DNA from: Raillietiella orientalis
Lineage: Eukaryota
Length of the DNA stretch: 64,000 bases
Assembly: GCA_036172245.1 (NCBI GenBank)
Contig: JAYWIR010000019.1
Span: 1,426,001 to 1,490,000 of the forward strand
Reading direction: 5' to 3'
Both the position numbers and the translations under genes were made by a program. How positions within the stretch are numbered: the stretch's first letter is position 1; every line of letters starts with the position of its first letter. Below are positions 1 to 13,575 of this stretch, piece by piece. The notes beneath the pieces were generated by a model. That model saw only the letters and a program-made list of their open reading frames with translations. It had not been told where the DNA came from and did no database searches.

Positions 1-3000
1 ATGAATCCAGGAACAGTGCAGCTCGCTTCTTCCCCGGATAGACGTCTTCTGGGTCGCCACGCGCTTCCTTCACGTGACCCACCTCGAAACAGGTTCCGGT
101 CGTTTGGACCGGTGGTGCAGGCAGCTTCTAGAGAAGTCGAAGGTGGATTTCGGCGATAGAACTGGAATAGCGGAGGCGTTTTCGGACCGTTCCAAGTTCG
201 AGATCTTTCCCTTCTAGCACTAATCGTTCCCATGGGGAACTCCGTGCTTCCTTTGAAGTGCAAGGCAAGCATCGCCTCCTGGAGTGGGCCGTCGAGCCAG
301 GAAGGTCGTTCCGGAAGCAGTCGTTTCACGCGCACTCGCCTCTCTTCCCCCCTCATGTTTTGACCGGAAGAAGCGCGGATGAAAACGGGAAGTCCTCAGA
401 AGGCATCTCCTCTCTCCTCCCTTTCTCATTCGAAACTCTGAGCAGGATCCCCTCGGCCCTTCTTGGAGAATGCCGGAGGGTGTGTGACTCCGGGAGCGCG
501 CCTGAAAAGGCGATTTACGAGAAAGTTATATCGCGAAGAATCGGATGACAGACAGTCAAGATCGAAGGAGCATAGGTCGGGAAAGCATGAAGAGGCCAGG
601 AATAATGGCGAGTCAGGAGTGAGGAGGTTCTCGTCTTACGTGAAGCAGCAGCTCCGCTAATGAACGTCGCGCAATTATGGAAGAGATCCGCCCTAACGAG
701 GCAGACCCCAACACGAGGGGCGGGGGGGGGGGAGGAGAAAAGGAAGAAAAAAAAACAAAAAAAGAGTTTCTGAGCTTTCGTATCAAAGAGATGAGCTGCA
801 TGCGATGAGCCTTCGGGAACACTCCTTGAAATCCACTCCGCCGAACCAACTCGGTGCTTTCGGACGAGGGGGATCCGTGCTCGTTAATCAGGAGACGGAG
901 GGGACTGGCATCATCAAGGGGTAGCATGTATTCCGTTTTATGAAAGTCTCGGGAGAAACCAGAGATTTCAAAGATATTTCATCAGCTTCTGGCCGTGCTT
1001 CTGACTGCGAATCTCCCGGGACACCGGGCGGGAAGAGCGCGCACGCGAGCGGCTCCCTCGAGTTGTCCTCCCGCTTCCCTGGAAGGAACGCGGACCCCAC
1101 TTTCCACGGCAGCGGGAGAAGGAATCTTAGATCTCTCTCCGGTTGCACCCCGCTCCAGGAGAAAATCCAGGAGAGGAACTCGTTTCGAAGAGGGATGGCG
1201 TCAGCCGCCCAGGGGCACCGGGAGCCGCTCCGAGCAGCTCCGAAGCGGGGACGCGCCCGCTGCACTACGAGCCGGGACCTCTTCAAAAGTGATGACAGCG
1301 GTACACTCTTGTCCACAACTCAGGGTAGCCTCCAGCTCTTGGGGAAGGGCCGAGATGCCCTGCAAGGCGTCTCCCAGGGTGAGGATTGGGCGAGAGCGGG
1401 TTGCCCCGTGTTGAGCCCCTGGTGGGTGTGTGGCCTGTCTGCCGCCGAGAACGCCGTGTGCAAAACTCGTGAGAGTGCGGGGACACTTCCGCGTCCGTCC
1501 CTCCTGTGTAGCTGAAGCACATTCGTTCTGTCTGATTCTTCCCTGTTTCGAGAGTCACTTTCGGCTTCGCCAACGAGGACAAAGGATGGGTCGAGGATGC
1601 TGGTCAGTTTTTTCTGGGTTTCGGCGAGCCCGAGAAAGACACTCGTACTCGAGGAGAATCTAAGGAATGTAATCGAAACATCCGGGTTTTCGGCCGGTGT
1701 TCCCGGAACCGGAAGAATGTGGGATACCGACTTTCGCGGGGTCGAACATCCTTCGATTCCAAGTCCAGGATGGGAGTTACAGCACACACCCGACTTGACC
1801 AGAGTTGTGGCGAGGGGAACGCCCTCTGACGGAGGCCTGAGATGTTCCGGGAGTCCAGTTCCGGCCTCGTGATGGTAAACAGCAAACCAGCGATTTGCTG
1901 AAGGCTCTCCGCATTCCCTGAGAGGTCGTCACGCATTCCCCCTCCCCCTCCGCCCAAACGGGTCTCGCACGAGCTACGAACCACGACCTCTGGCTCGCGG
2001 CCCGGCGGTCCAAGACGAGCGGATGGATAGGCAGATCTCCTCTCCCCGAAGGCATAGCAGTTTCGGAAATCCTTTGATCCCTGCGGGCTGTTTGCCTTTG
2101 GTTTCCCCTCGTTCCTGTTTACACGGCAGCTGCTGCCGCCGCTGCTTGGTCCGCGTCCCGCTCTGGAGAGTTTCGAGACGCCTGGATGCGCCGTGCCTAC
2201 GCGTCGTCAAGGAGGTGCGTGCTCGCCGCTTCACTTCGAGCCTCGGGCGCGCGGGGAGTCTCAGAGCGCCGCCCTCCAGGAGAGCGACTATGTGCGCCTT
2301 CGGGTCAGCTGTTTTCGGAGGACCGAGGACGTGGTCACGGTCTGGCCTGAGCTCGCGCGCGGAGACCCCGGTTCACAGCATCCGGCAAACGAGCTTGGCA
2401 GGAGGATCTCGCCAAGCCCGTTTGGACCGGGAGAGGAGTTTCGAGGAGCGCGAGAAGGGGCGAGCGAGGGGCGCGCCCCTTCCCGGATTCCAGGATCGGC
2501 GACTCTCTCCCGGGTTCCTCCGCGTTTCCCTTCTTTCCTTGCCCCTCTGGACTCTGAATTCGTGTTCGCGTGAGGAAGGACGACCCAGCCGAGCAGCCAC
2601 GCAGGCGCCATGCGGACAAGAGGTTACCGAGCAGCAGGGAGCATCCCTTTGCGCGGCACGTTTCAAGATGGTAGGCTGAAAAGCAACAGCCGAAGAATGT
2701 CGCGGTTGGCTTTTTTGAATATTCTGCCTAAGGTGAGCCCGCTCCAGAGCAGGGAGACGCTGTCAGGGGAGGGGCGCTCTCTCCCTATGCCGGGCATCAT
2801 CCTCAGCTTCTTCTCGACCCTGACCTCCCGCGCCTACCGCTGAGCGGGCGCGGGGCAGCGAAATCGCTCAGGAGATGCCCAGCGGCGCGCGTTCCCTCTC
2901 GGACTGCCTCCGACCACCAGCACCGAGGGGTCGACCTAACCGACGGGCGGGTGCTGTCCAGTCAAGGGTCCCTCCAGCGGTGGCCTTGCGTCAGCCGATG

Positions 3001-3399
3001 CCAGGAGGCGAATCTCCCAGACTGGGCGCTCGGGAATGCAAGTCTGGTGCCGGGCCGAACGCTGCCCTCCCACGCGGGAGACCGATCGGCAGCCCCGGAA
3101 GAGGCGCGGCGAAGGAAAAGGAGCCGGTCACGAAAAGTCTTCCGCCCTCCGCGGCGACGGAGCTGAAGGGCTGGCTCCAGTGGGAGCGCCGGCGCACCCC
3201 TAGACGGAGAAGGGTGGAGCGCCCGGGTACCACGAGCAGCCGCGCTGAAGAGGGCTATCGTAGCCCCGGGGACGAATGCGTGTGCCGTTGCCGGACGTCG
3301 CATGCGGGCGCGTCTAGCCCTTCCTGGGGGATACGGAGGAGTCATCGGGAACGGCTGGCGGCGCGCACTCGCTCAGCTCCGCGGTCTCCGATTACCCCT

Positions 3400-3830
3400 C
3401 ACGGTCCATTCGCTTCGGAGAGTGAAAGCCGACCAAGAGTGCTCGACGCTTTGCGATGGCACAATCTCTCGTCCCCAGCACCGGGAGAGGCGCAGCAAAG
3501 AAAAGGGAGGCCGTATCCAGGCTTGCCTTTTCGCCGGCCGAGGGCCACGAGCTTCGGGAACAGCGCTGGCGTAAGGATCTGCAGGAAGGGAGGCGCCAAA
3601 AGGGTGAGGCATACGCTGGGTGGCCAGGTCCACAGCTGTTATCAGAATTCCGACCAGATGCGCTACGTGCTCCAGGACGGATCGAACTCCTGTCTACAGA
3701 GTCAAAAGCGACTCAAGGAAGATTTGAGATGCTGAGCATCCCGAATTGCCGCAACGATCCTGTAATCCCTGAGGCAGATCGTTCGACCAGGAAGCCGAAA
3801 TCCCATTCTTTGGGTGTCGATCCGCAGTGC
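3400..3830 (+). mobile_element. Decayed R2-like (RLE non-LTR) retrotransposon C-terminal region (zinc knuckle plus restriction-like endonuclease)
   Basis: Across frameshifts: GRIQACLFAGRGPR (cf. RINALPT..R..RG), CRKGGAKRVRHTLGGQVHSC (cf. CR.GC...ETLGH..Q.C) and DPVIPEADRSTRKPK (cf. EP.I.....RKPD), in the expected order. Confidence 0.5.
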
Positions 3831-4394
3831 TGGGCCGGTCTCCATCTCGGGGCCTCCAGAGTTGCCATGGAAGCATCCCACACCCTCCTTCCCGGACGGA
3901 AGAGGCACAGCACGTGAGACGTATTGCTTCCTGCGGGCCAGCGGGGGAGCAGCAAGCGAGTGCGGCGCCTCCTGTGAAAGGGAAGGAAAGGAGGAGGAGG
4001 AAGGAAAGAGGAGGGTAGGAGAAGAAAAGAGGGAGGAGGAGGAGGAAAAGAGGAGATTCAGTGCCATCTGTCTACGAGCACTAATTTTTTCAGGCAGCCT
4101 CCATCGTTCCCTGGGGCTTCGCCTTATCCAGGGCGATGGCGAGAGATCTCCTTCCAGTATATCTCCAGCCTCCCCGAGGTCGTTTGCTGCTAGGAGACTG
4201 CTTGGAGCCAGTCCGGTTCGGTGACTTCCCGGCTCCGCCAGTCCTCGCTTGAGGTTTGCCTCGAGACGGGAAGAGACGTCAATGGAGACCCGCGGACGAA
4301 CCGACGGTCCCGCGTTTTCGTGGAAGAGAGAAGGTAGAGACAAGAGGATCGACCGGTTTCCCTAAGTCGGAAGCTAAGATGCTGTTTCTTCTTC

Positions 4395-4610
4395 TTCCTT
4401 TTTGATGTCCTGAAAGGACCCCAGAGGGTCGACTTTTATTCTTGGTCAGCCAACGGGAGCATCTGGTTTCCATCAGCGCCACACCCGAACAGTCCATCCA
4501 GTGCCATCCTGTGGAGGAGGACTCGAAATCCACGACCCATGTGGTTCCGTGACTCCTTCTCCGGGAGGGATTCGAGCCCGCGACGCCGGGTGTCGCGCGC
4601 GCGGCCGCTC
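4395..4610 (-). mobile_element. tRNA-derived SINE-like family copy (head and core)
   Basis: Reverse complement reads GGCTCGAATCC (B-box variant)...GGATTTCGAGTCC...CAGGATGGCACTGG...TTCGGGTGTGGC...GTCGACCCTCTGGGGTCCTTTCAGGACATC, which aligns by eye to the copies at 8.2, 13.4 and 30.4 kb. Confidence 0.7.
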
Positions 4611-4639
4611 GACCGTTTCTTCGCGGCGCCTGCATCAAC

Positions 4640-5450
4640 CGAGGAGTTCACTCCGTGGAGAGGACCTGGACCGACCTCGGAACCTTCTGAGTAGGACTCC
4701 CGGAGCTGGAGGCTCCTCCCCGGTCCGCAGACGTGCTGCTGCCGCCCACAATTTTCCTCACGTGTTCCAGATAGATTAGTAAAACCGGAAACTGCAAGAA
4801 ATGAAAGCGACCATCTTCCGTGAGGTTGCGACCAAGGAGCTCCGCCCGGAGGGCTCCCAACCCCTGGTTTTTCTGCAGAATCGATTGCGTCCCCAAATCC
4901 GGTGATTCCTGGATTTCTTGGGAGACTCTGGCTGGCGACCCGAATGGAGTGGCCTTGCGTGAAATGACGGCGGTCGGTTAGGCGATTCGCTAGAGTTCAC
5001 CCGTCCCTCAAAGCGGATCAGTCAGGGGATGGAGGAGGGCAGCGTGCGAGGGGGCTTTGGGGATCCTGGTTTGAATTTCAAGGGATGCACTGGTAGCTCG
5101 CGTGCGCGTGCTCATGCGTCCCCGGACCTCCTCGTGATCCCTGACCTATTGAGCCGGGTTGCGTGATCTCCAGCCGCAACCGGCACGAGGTGGCTCGGCT
5201 CCTCTTCCTATTGGATCCCATCACCCTCGTTCTCGCTCCCGGCGCACTTGGGCCCTACGAAAACTCCCTGCAGACAGCCACCTCCCCACTCGGACGGAGG
5301 GGGGTAGTGGACTCCGGGCACCTCGCTGCAGATTGAGGAAGGGGCTGGGCCGCGTGGAAGTTGAAGGTTGTCCCTCTCGCCTGCGATGGATGCAAGGAAA
5401 GCATTTTCGGGTTGGTGGAAAATGCATTGGAAGATATTGGGAGTTTCCAA
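4640..5450 (+). mobile_element. Decayed non-LTR reverse-transcriptase N-terminal fragments
   Basis: RGEDLDRPRN (cf. KGD..DP.NWR), LLPPTIF (cf. I.LLPTIYK) and ACDGCKESIFGLVENALED (cf. GF.P.DGC.ENIF.L...L.D of R2/NeSL-type RT). Confidence 0.45.
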
Positions 5451-8149
5451 GCTCCTAAGCAAGAATTTCTTCTTTTGCCATCGAAGGGTAGTCTGACCGT
5501 TCCCACCAGATCTCTCTTGGATTTTACACTCCGTACCCTAACGCCCTATTCCTGTCGCTATTTCTCGGTTTCGCAAGCCCCTCTCCTTTCCTCTCGTGAC
5601 AGGACACCCTGAGGCAACAAAAAAAGGGAGAAGCAGGTGGTGGGTCGCTCTCTTCTGCTCTCCAGAGGGGCAAACAGACCTCTTTGCCGAGTTCGCTCAC
5701 ATTTGGAGCAGCAGCCAAAGCAGAGGAGGGCGCGGAAGGAGGCGAGGAGGAGGAAGGAAAGAAGAAGGGAGGTCCCTGCTCGCGGCGGACGCCCGCAGGG
5801 ACTTTCTGGAGGCCTCTTCGTGTGCTGACCCCGGCCGCCGGAAAAGTCGTAGCGCGGAAGGCTGCCGCCCCGAAAAGAGCATCGACTCCGTCCCTTGGTA
5901 ACCTCCGTCCTGAAAACGACGACTGGTCCCCTCTCCGGATTCACGGAGGAGGTTGTCGCGTCACTCAGAGGGCATAACAGCGATCCCTTTCGGTTCGCCC
6001 AGCCCCCCGCTGCAACACAGGAAATGATCCATTCAGCCATCTTTACTTTCTTTCTTCCGCCTTCCCATCATCCCCAAAGCCCGGCCGCCTACCGGTTCGC
6101 AGGAACGCCTTGTACTGCAGCAAGACTTTCAGTCTCTCATTTCGCACTCTTTTTTTCTTGGATTCCATGGATGCTTCTCTGTAAAATAGGTTCCATGATT
6201 GACTCCCCATGGTTAGCGGGGTAAACGTGGGTTTTTCTTAGCGACCACTTTTACGTGTTGTCCGTTTCGTGCTCATTCTTCAGTGCTTTGGAGCGTGGAG
6301 GTCCTCGAAGTCCACCACTGTCTTCGGCGGAGCAAATTTCTCTCCCCTCACTCGCAGCCTCCTCATCCTGAACTGAAGACCCACAACAGGCGTGCCAGTC
6401 ATTACCAGACGAAGATTACGCAGAGGCAAAGAGAACCGGCGACCTCGATCGGAAGGGTTGCTCCGGGAGCTGACAGCCTCCAGCTGGACTCTTCCGGCAG
6501 ATGAGGCACCTACACCGACCGAACAGGCGTAGCGCTCCAGGGCGGAGGAAAGGTTGCCATCCCGGGCGTCCCTTGCCCTTGCGTGCCGTCCAGCAAGCGA
6601 CCACGTGTTGAGGAAACGGAAAATTCCCCAGGGGATAGGCGGAGCTCGCACACACGTGGATGAAACACGCAGTGTTCACGGGGACGCGCAACGGCGGACG
6701 TCAGACCGAGTCGCTCCCTCTGCAACGGAGGGCTTCCAAGAATCACGAGATGGAGCTGAAGAGAAGAAAGGTGCGAAGAAAGAGACGGCGGAATCCCCCC
6801 TCGTCTGTCTGTCTTTCTGCACCTCCTATTCAGGAGCAACACGACTGAGGAGACTTCAGGGGAGGTGAAGGCGGTGTGAACTGCACTTCCTGCTTGGAAG
6901 ACCGAACCGGATGGCTGTGTTTCCGCAATCACCGGGAGGAAGCCCAAGGAGAACGGAAGTTTGAATTTTCTTCAGTTCTGACGAGGAAGCAGCAATTTGT
7001 GCACGTCGTTGCTGACCCTGAACGTCTCTGAGATCATCTACTGGAATCATATTATGGCAAAACGCCTTTCATCTCCATGCTGCTGGGGTTCCGGGCAGAG
7101 TAACGGAGGATCTCCAAGAATCACAGGAAGAATTGAAGAGAAGAGTAAAGCAAAGGAGATAATGGTAACTCTTCTTTGCTTCTCTTTATACCTTTTTTTC
7201 AACATGATTTTATCTGAAAAGATTTGAACGATGCGGACTTTAAGTGGTTCCAGAGGAGCGTAACCTGAGGCGAGGCACAACCCCTTCTGGGTGTAGCTTT
7301 CCCATATCTCACTGGATCAGATGTGCTGTGGCAGTTAACAGAAGCAGCCAATGCGGCGACGCCGGCAGAATTCAGCGACAAGGAGGAATTTGCTCATGGG
7401 CTTTCGATGTGATGATGTTGGCCAAATGGGAGAGGGAGAGATGCCATTGGAGAAGGTGCACCTGGGAGATCGGCAATCGATGGAGGATCTCCCTATCATC
7501 AGCCTCTTCAGAAGGGCAGCTGGTGTTTGTATGTTCGGAAGTTTTGCCCTATTCGGAAACGAGACCTCTCATCGAAGACGAAACGCTCCACCTTCGGCAG
7601 GGCACTCCCTCGGGATGAAGACGCCGGGAAGCTTCCGCCATCATGAGAGCTTTCTCACCGCGACTTCTGCGAGCCATGCTCTTAAACGCCATGCAGAGCA
7701 GTGGGATGGCGCAGGCGCGTGCATGCGAATACCGTGCCTCCGCGACGTTCGAACGGCAAGCGCCTATTCCTTGCCGGGGCCCGGCCTGCCCCCAGGATCG
7801 CATTTTCGAGAAACTGCCTTGCTTTGGGGTCCCCGGAAGCAGGAGTGGCGGGTGGGAGGGTCCTTTACTGCCGAACCAGCTCTGCTCGAAGTGTTCTCGG
7901 GGCGTGTGCTTCCCGAGAGCGCCGTGTGGTGGCGGCTATAGCGAAGGTCCCGGACGAACGAGGAGAGAGGAGTTCTGCACGAGCTTGCTGGACGGCCGTA
8001 GGGACTCTTGAAGCGTGCGCGCACTGACGAGCGCCCTCAAGATACGCCCCGAGGAGCATCCGCTAAGATGAGCCTCCTAATTGACCGAACGAATCCTCCC
8101 TCCGCTAACGACCCATCTGTTGGATCAAACCGGCTTCGAAAATCTGCGA

Positions 8150-8730
8150 TTGCATGGCGAAGAGACGATAAAATACTCCCGCGCGTGTTGACATCCTCAC
8201 CTGGAGGATCGACTCCCAGAAACGGGTGCGCCGTGAGTTTCGAGTTCCCCCTGCAAGATGACGCTGGTTGGCCCATATTCGGGTGCGCGGCGGTACTGGT
8301 GGAAACCGTCTGCCACCGTTGAGGGAGGGTGAGATTGGAATCTGACCTCCGGAGTCATTCCAGAAATCATGGAACTCTTCGGGGTTCCCTTCCGGATACG
8401 AAAACGGAGCTGATCAACACCCCCTTCGGGGGGTTGCCTCTCTAGAATATCAAGTGCGCTGTTCCCTTCGGGAAGCGCCCTTCAGAGAAATCGGAAGCAG
8501 CCCTTCGCAGTTCTCTTTAGAGGAGTAACAGGAAGCAGTTCCTCTACGGATTCCTTCTGGAGTAAAAAAAAAAAAAAAGCGTTCCGGAGGATCCTTCTGG
8601 AAATAATAAGGAAGAAGTTCCTTCCAGGTTCCCTCCAGACACAACCAGGACCTTCCATGAGGACTACAGCGCTGGAGAGAGCTGCTCGACATTCTCAGTG
8701 AAGTCCTAAAGTGGTCCCTGGTTCTCAAGA
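8150..8730 (+). mobile_element. tRNA-derived SINE-like family copy with internal ~40-nt repeat array
   Basis: GGAGGATCGAC...GTTTCGAGTTCCCCCTGCAAGATGACGCTGGTTGGCCC...TTCGGGTGCG core, followed by purine/pyrimidine units such as AGAGGAGTAACAGGAAGCAGTTCC, shared with 38.6 and 62.5 kb. Confidence 0.75.
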
Positions 8731-10399
8731 ACAGCAGCGTTGGAGTAGGAGCAGCGCTCTCTCTCTGAAGTGTCAGTAGTCGGCACTTCTGATGTTGCAC
8801 CGTGACCTTCCCTGAAACGCTTGCTGACACCACTGGACGCTGGGGAGCGTGAGCTCGGACTGTCGCACGTGCCGGGGACGCGAATCTTCCCTCCCACGCC
8901 TTTCCGTGGACTGTGCTGTCCTGCAGGCTCTTGTGGGAACGCTTTTCTGCGACTCTAGTAGTTCCTGGTGGCAATCCCAAGGACGTTTCACGGCTCCTCT
9001 TCGTGCAGGATGCCCTACAGCCAGCTGCAGACTTATCAGCTCTTTGATGCATCCACGGGACTACGGCGATCTGAAGAGGAGCCAACAGAGAAAGAAACGA
9101 GAGGGACGCCGTCCAGCCCGCAGTTCGCTTTCTGCGGATAGCGGCGGCCCCATGGCTCCACCCGGGACCTATTCGGATGGACCTAGCTGGCATCCTGAAA
9201 AGAATGCAGAGGACTCCAGTGGGCAGTGGTCCCTTCTCGACCCTACTCAAGATTTTTATTTATTTTTATCTACTCTTTCTTTTTGTTTTCTCCCGTCCCC
9301 CTTCACAATCGAGAAGAGCCCCTCCGGTCTGCGTACAGAGATCCGGTAGGTCCGTGGACAGACGGATTGCGGTAGGACCACGCGTCCTACCACAATATAG
9401 GAGTTTATTTTCAATTTTAGTGAACGCCCCCCGGAGTGTCCGGGTGGAAATTGGAGACGACCAGGGCGAGGGCTCGCTTACGAGTTTCCTTCCCAAGAGT
9501 GAGAGAACTGGATTCCTTCCTCCGGAGCTCTTCCTGGATCCCCGCCAGATTCGCGGGGAAGTGTCTGAGATTCCCGTCGCATACGCGTCATCAGAAAGGC
9601 TGAAAGCCAGCTTTGATCCCTGCCCATCCTCTTCCAGTCAGTTTCTCCGCCATCTGTCAATCCTTGTTTCTCAACCCATTGCTTACTTTTCTATTTGATT
9701 TCGAATGGTCTGGAAAGCGCCTCCTCTGGAAGCTCCGCTTTGTCCTCATTTATCCCATGCCACAGGTTAAACGAAACCGCTAAACAGACTCCATCTTGTG
9801 CATTTAAGCACTTTTCATGTTTTTTTTTTTTTTTCCTTCTTTCTTGTGCCGGCAAGCGCCTCCGCACGATGGTCTGGACGAAAACTCCTCCGCTCCTTCC
9901 CTCTTTGTCAGGAACGATGGACTCCACTCGAGCGGAAGGCGCGCGTTCGTATCCATTCCAAAGGAACACACGGTAGATGCAGTGTGGGCGGAATCCTGTC
10001 CGAAACATGGCTGACTCTTCCCTTCTTCTCGGACATCTCAAGTTCTTTTTTTGAGGAGGGAGGGGGGGGCTCCCTCACCTCCGCTGGAGGACTGCAGGGC
10101 TTGCACGGAGGGGCGAGCCTGGGGTCGGTTTCCGTAGCTCCTTTCTTCTCAGCAAGGACGGGAAACTTCCCGGACAAGTTGTCGCTCCTCCGCACTTCCT
10201 CTGATTTCTGGGACATCCTTCCCCCCCTTTCTCCAGGGATACGCTCCTTCTGCGCCGAACCGGAGTTTCCCGAAACTTCTTGGGTACATGAAAGGAATTC
10301 GAGGAGACCGCCCGCTGTCCTTGCGGTCTGAACTGCTTGGCCACCTGAAATCCGTGGCACAATTCTCCCGACGATGGCCTTAATACGTATAGCGGACAG

Positions 10400-10750
10400 C
10401 AGTGGATGCTATCGCGCAGCATCTTATCCTCCCTCCTGTCTTCGCGCCTCAACTGCCTCAACGTCCTGTCGTTATCTGGAGGCCCAGGAGTCCCACGTCT
10501 GCGGCTCGCGCCGGAGTGCACACTTGCTGCGCAATTCTCGACCTTCTGGAGTCTTCGAAGGTTGCTGGATTCGAAGACTTCGCTGGATTGACTCCAAGTG
10601 GACAGGTTACATCGAGAGGGATGGCCCGTTCATCTCCTCACAGCACTAGATCAGGTGTGTTTCGGGCTGCTGCTGCTGCCCCGCCTCCCTCGCACCTGCA
10701 CCTCGACCCAGCACAGCATTTACGGAACGCCCGCCTCTACCTCTGAGCAG
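10400..10750 (+). mobile_element. Decayed RTE-like LINE 3' ORF fragment
   Basis: IRRLRWIDSKWTGYIERDG resembles the RTE-clade R.RLRW.GHI.RM motif. Confidence 0.35.
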
Positions 10751-13299
10751 ACACCGCAGCACCTCCGCACGGAGGCTTCACGGACCTGGAAGGCGCTGCC
10801 ACCCTCCCGGCGGACGTCCTCTGCGACCACTCGTCTTCCTCTCCTTCCTCCTCGTCATCGCCGCTGTGATGAAGAGCGCCCGACGCACTCGAGTTGGTCA
10901 GGAGGTATTATACACGCAGTGTCTGCCGCCTTTAACGTCCGTCGCATTCCCCAGTTCCCATTTCATATTCTTCTCCCAGTGTCTGGAGTATGTCTTTTCC
11001 CCTCAAAGAGGGCCAGAGGCATTCATCTTGGACGTTATCGTAGGTTGATGCCGGTCCCGGTGTCGGCTCTCTTCTCGACCTGCATCCACCTCCTCGGTCG
11101 TGCGGCCACCCTGCAGACCCTCCTTCGTGGTGAAGATAAACCCTTAAAAAACAGAGCCTGTTCCGAGGATGGACTGGCCAGAAGCAAGCAGCCCCCAGTG
11201 TTGCGTCGCCATCCTTCTGGGCTCGTTTCCAACTCATCGTGGTGCGTTGATGATTGGCGTAGGTGATGGGAACATGCAGAAGGTCAAAGGGACCAAACCA
11301 TCTCACGAACCTGCGGTCGCTGCCATCTTCAGCGGGGACAGCTCGTGCTAGGTCCAGGCTTAATTAAGACCGCAGCAGTAACGCAACAGCCGCACGATGT
11401 CTCCACGGAAAAGGAGACCATCCGTTTCAGTGTGACCTCGAAGGCGACAAGACGAGAGGGTCTGTTACCGCGATCCCAACGTTGTGCGCATCCGCGGATT
11501 GCCAGAGCCTGCAACACGCTAGAGTGTCCAGCACCAGCAACGGCAGACCGTCTGCTCCTGCCGCCCCATTCACGGAACAGATAGTTCAGGTGGCCTCGAC
11601 TGGAAGGAAGCGCCTCCACGGAAATTCCCAGCATCTTGCAGAGGCTTCGGGGACGGAGCAGCGAACCACCTCCTCTTCAAAGAAAATTCGTCCGTTTACA
11701 CTCATTGCCTTTGAGTTGATCTAAGAGTCGGTCAGTCTCCTCCTCTGAACTCTGTGCCACGCTTCTTGTTGTCCGTCGGTTTTAAGAAACTCGGCTCCTC
11801 GATTCCGCGCATTGAAAAGACGGCTCCGTGGGGATTTCTCCTCTTGATTAACGACCCATTCACTGGAAGTGAATAAATAAATAAAAATAAATTCAGCTGG
11901 AGACTGACGTGCTGGCCAGAAGCCAAAGGCGCTGTCCTTGCTGAGGGCAGAACCAGATAGAAGTGGGAGCAGAGGATAAGGGCAATAACCAAATAGGTGA
12001 CGGAGTCGACCGGCCTTATGGCACTCAACATGATTCCCAAGGGACTGCGTCGCGTAGGGAAGGGATGGAGCGCGCCCACTGGCATCGCGTGTCCGCCCAA
12101 CATCTTCCGAAGATTCGCCTGAAACTCCCATCCCAGATGGAGCCATTCGGTTGCCCCTTCGCATGTAGGCGAACGGCGTCGACCGCGTCCCGGAAGGCGC
12201 GACTCGCACCCTTCCCCTGTCTTCACGGCAACAGCCGCTAGCGCGTGGCGGACAATAGTCAGCGAGGAGCCCACGCCAGGCCGGAGCGAGACTCAGCATT
12301 CTCCTCAGTAGGTCTCGTGGGAGAGCATCACGGAGCTGACGTGCCTCAGCAATGCTCTCCCGTCCCTAACGCATTCAACGGATGCGTGCGACAGAGTTAC
12401 CACTATACCGCAGTTGGGGCACACCCCGGACACTCTCCACACTGATGGGTGGCGCCACTTCTCGTTGCAAGGACAGTGTTCAGTGAGCCAGCAAGATGAC
12501 AGTCTGCAGGGACAAAAGGGAAAGGAGACTGAGGCGTCCATTAGGACACCCGGGATGTCTAGTGTTTCACCCGGATTAGCGAGCAGCTCCACCCACCTCT
12601 GCGTGGTCTTTAGACAGATCTGTCGGCGCGGATTCGATCCTTTTCCATTGCCCGAATGGACCTGTTGACCCTCGAGAGCAGGCAGGTCACTTCCCTTGCC
12701 GCAGGAATATCCACTTCTCTCATCGGTACACTAACAGACGCATGGAGTCCTGGATGACCTCGCGATGGATCTGGGAAGCTGGGGCGCATTCTCCAGCATC
12801 TCCCCGACAGGAAGTTTTCCTCCAGGGATGTGATGGCGCTGCGGTCAGGGAGGGTAGGATTTTTCCACGCTGCTGCCCCCTTCTCTCGGGATGCAAAAGG
12901 AACGCCTCTGTCGCGGAAGGGAACCAGGGTACTTTGGAACTTTACCAGCCGTACGGGTCTGACCTCCCTCGGAGACAACGAATCCACAAATGTTCCCAGG
13001 CAAGTCAGGACGCGAAAATCACCCCCGAGCAGACCAGTTCTCATTCACCTACGAGCGAAAAGTCACAAAGACACTCCAGCAGCCGGTCCTTCGGCCTGAA
13101 CTGGTGCCGTACCGGTACACTGCAGTCGGTCTCCCGGCGAGCTTCGACATCACGGGAGGGGATAGTGGCCCGTGCCGACAGCTTCTTTCGATGCCAGGGT
13201 TCCTGATCGCTTCAGCGCCACTCGAGGTGTCATTCGAGTTCCTCAGCCGGCATTTAGAGTCCGTGCAGTTGGTACGAGACGGAGGGTCTATCCACGAGA

Positions 13300-13575
13300 C
13301 GGGAGGGACGGCTCCTTTTCCCAAAGGGAACCAGACTTCTTGATTTTGTTTCCTGGAAGGACCCCTGAGGTCGACTCCCAATCCCGGACACTTATCGAAG
13401 GCATCCGGTTTCAACCGCCACCAGTGCCGCACCCGGATGAATGTAGGTCAACCAGAGTCTTCTTCAGTCTAGGAACTCGAACCCACGACGCACTCCTCAT
13501 TTCTCTCTAAGGTCGATCCTTTCTGAGCATTTGAACCCTGGACTCCTGGCGCTACGGCGGAGACCGCAGCCACAA
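13300..13575 (-). mobile_element. tRNA-derived SINE-like family copy (head and core)
   Basis: Reverse complement: GGGTTCAAATGC...AAGGATCGAC...GTGGGTTCGAGTTCC...CCGGGTGCGGCACTG...CCGGGATTGGGAGTCGACCTCAGGGGTCCTTCCAGGAAAC. Confidence 0.7.
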
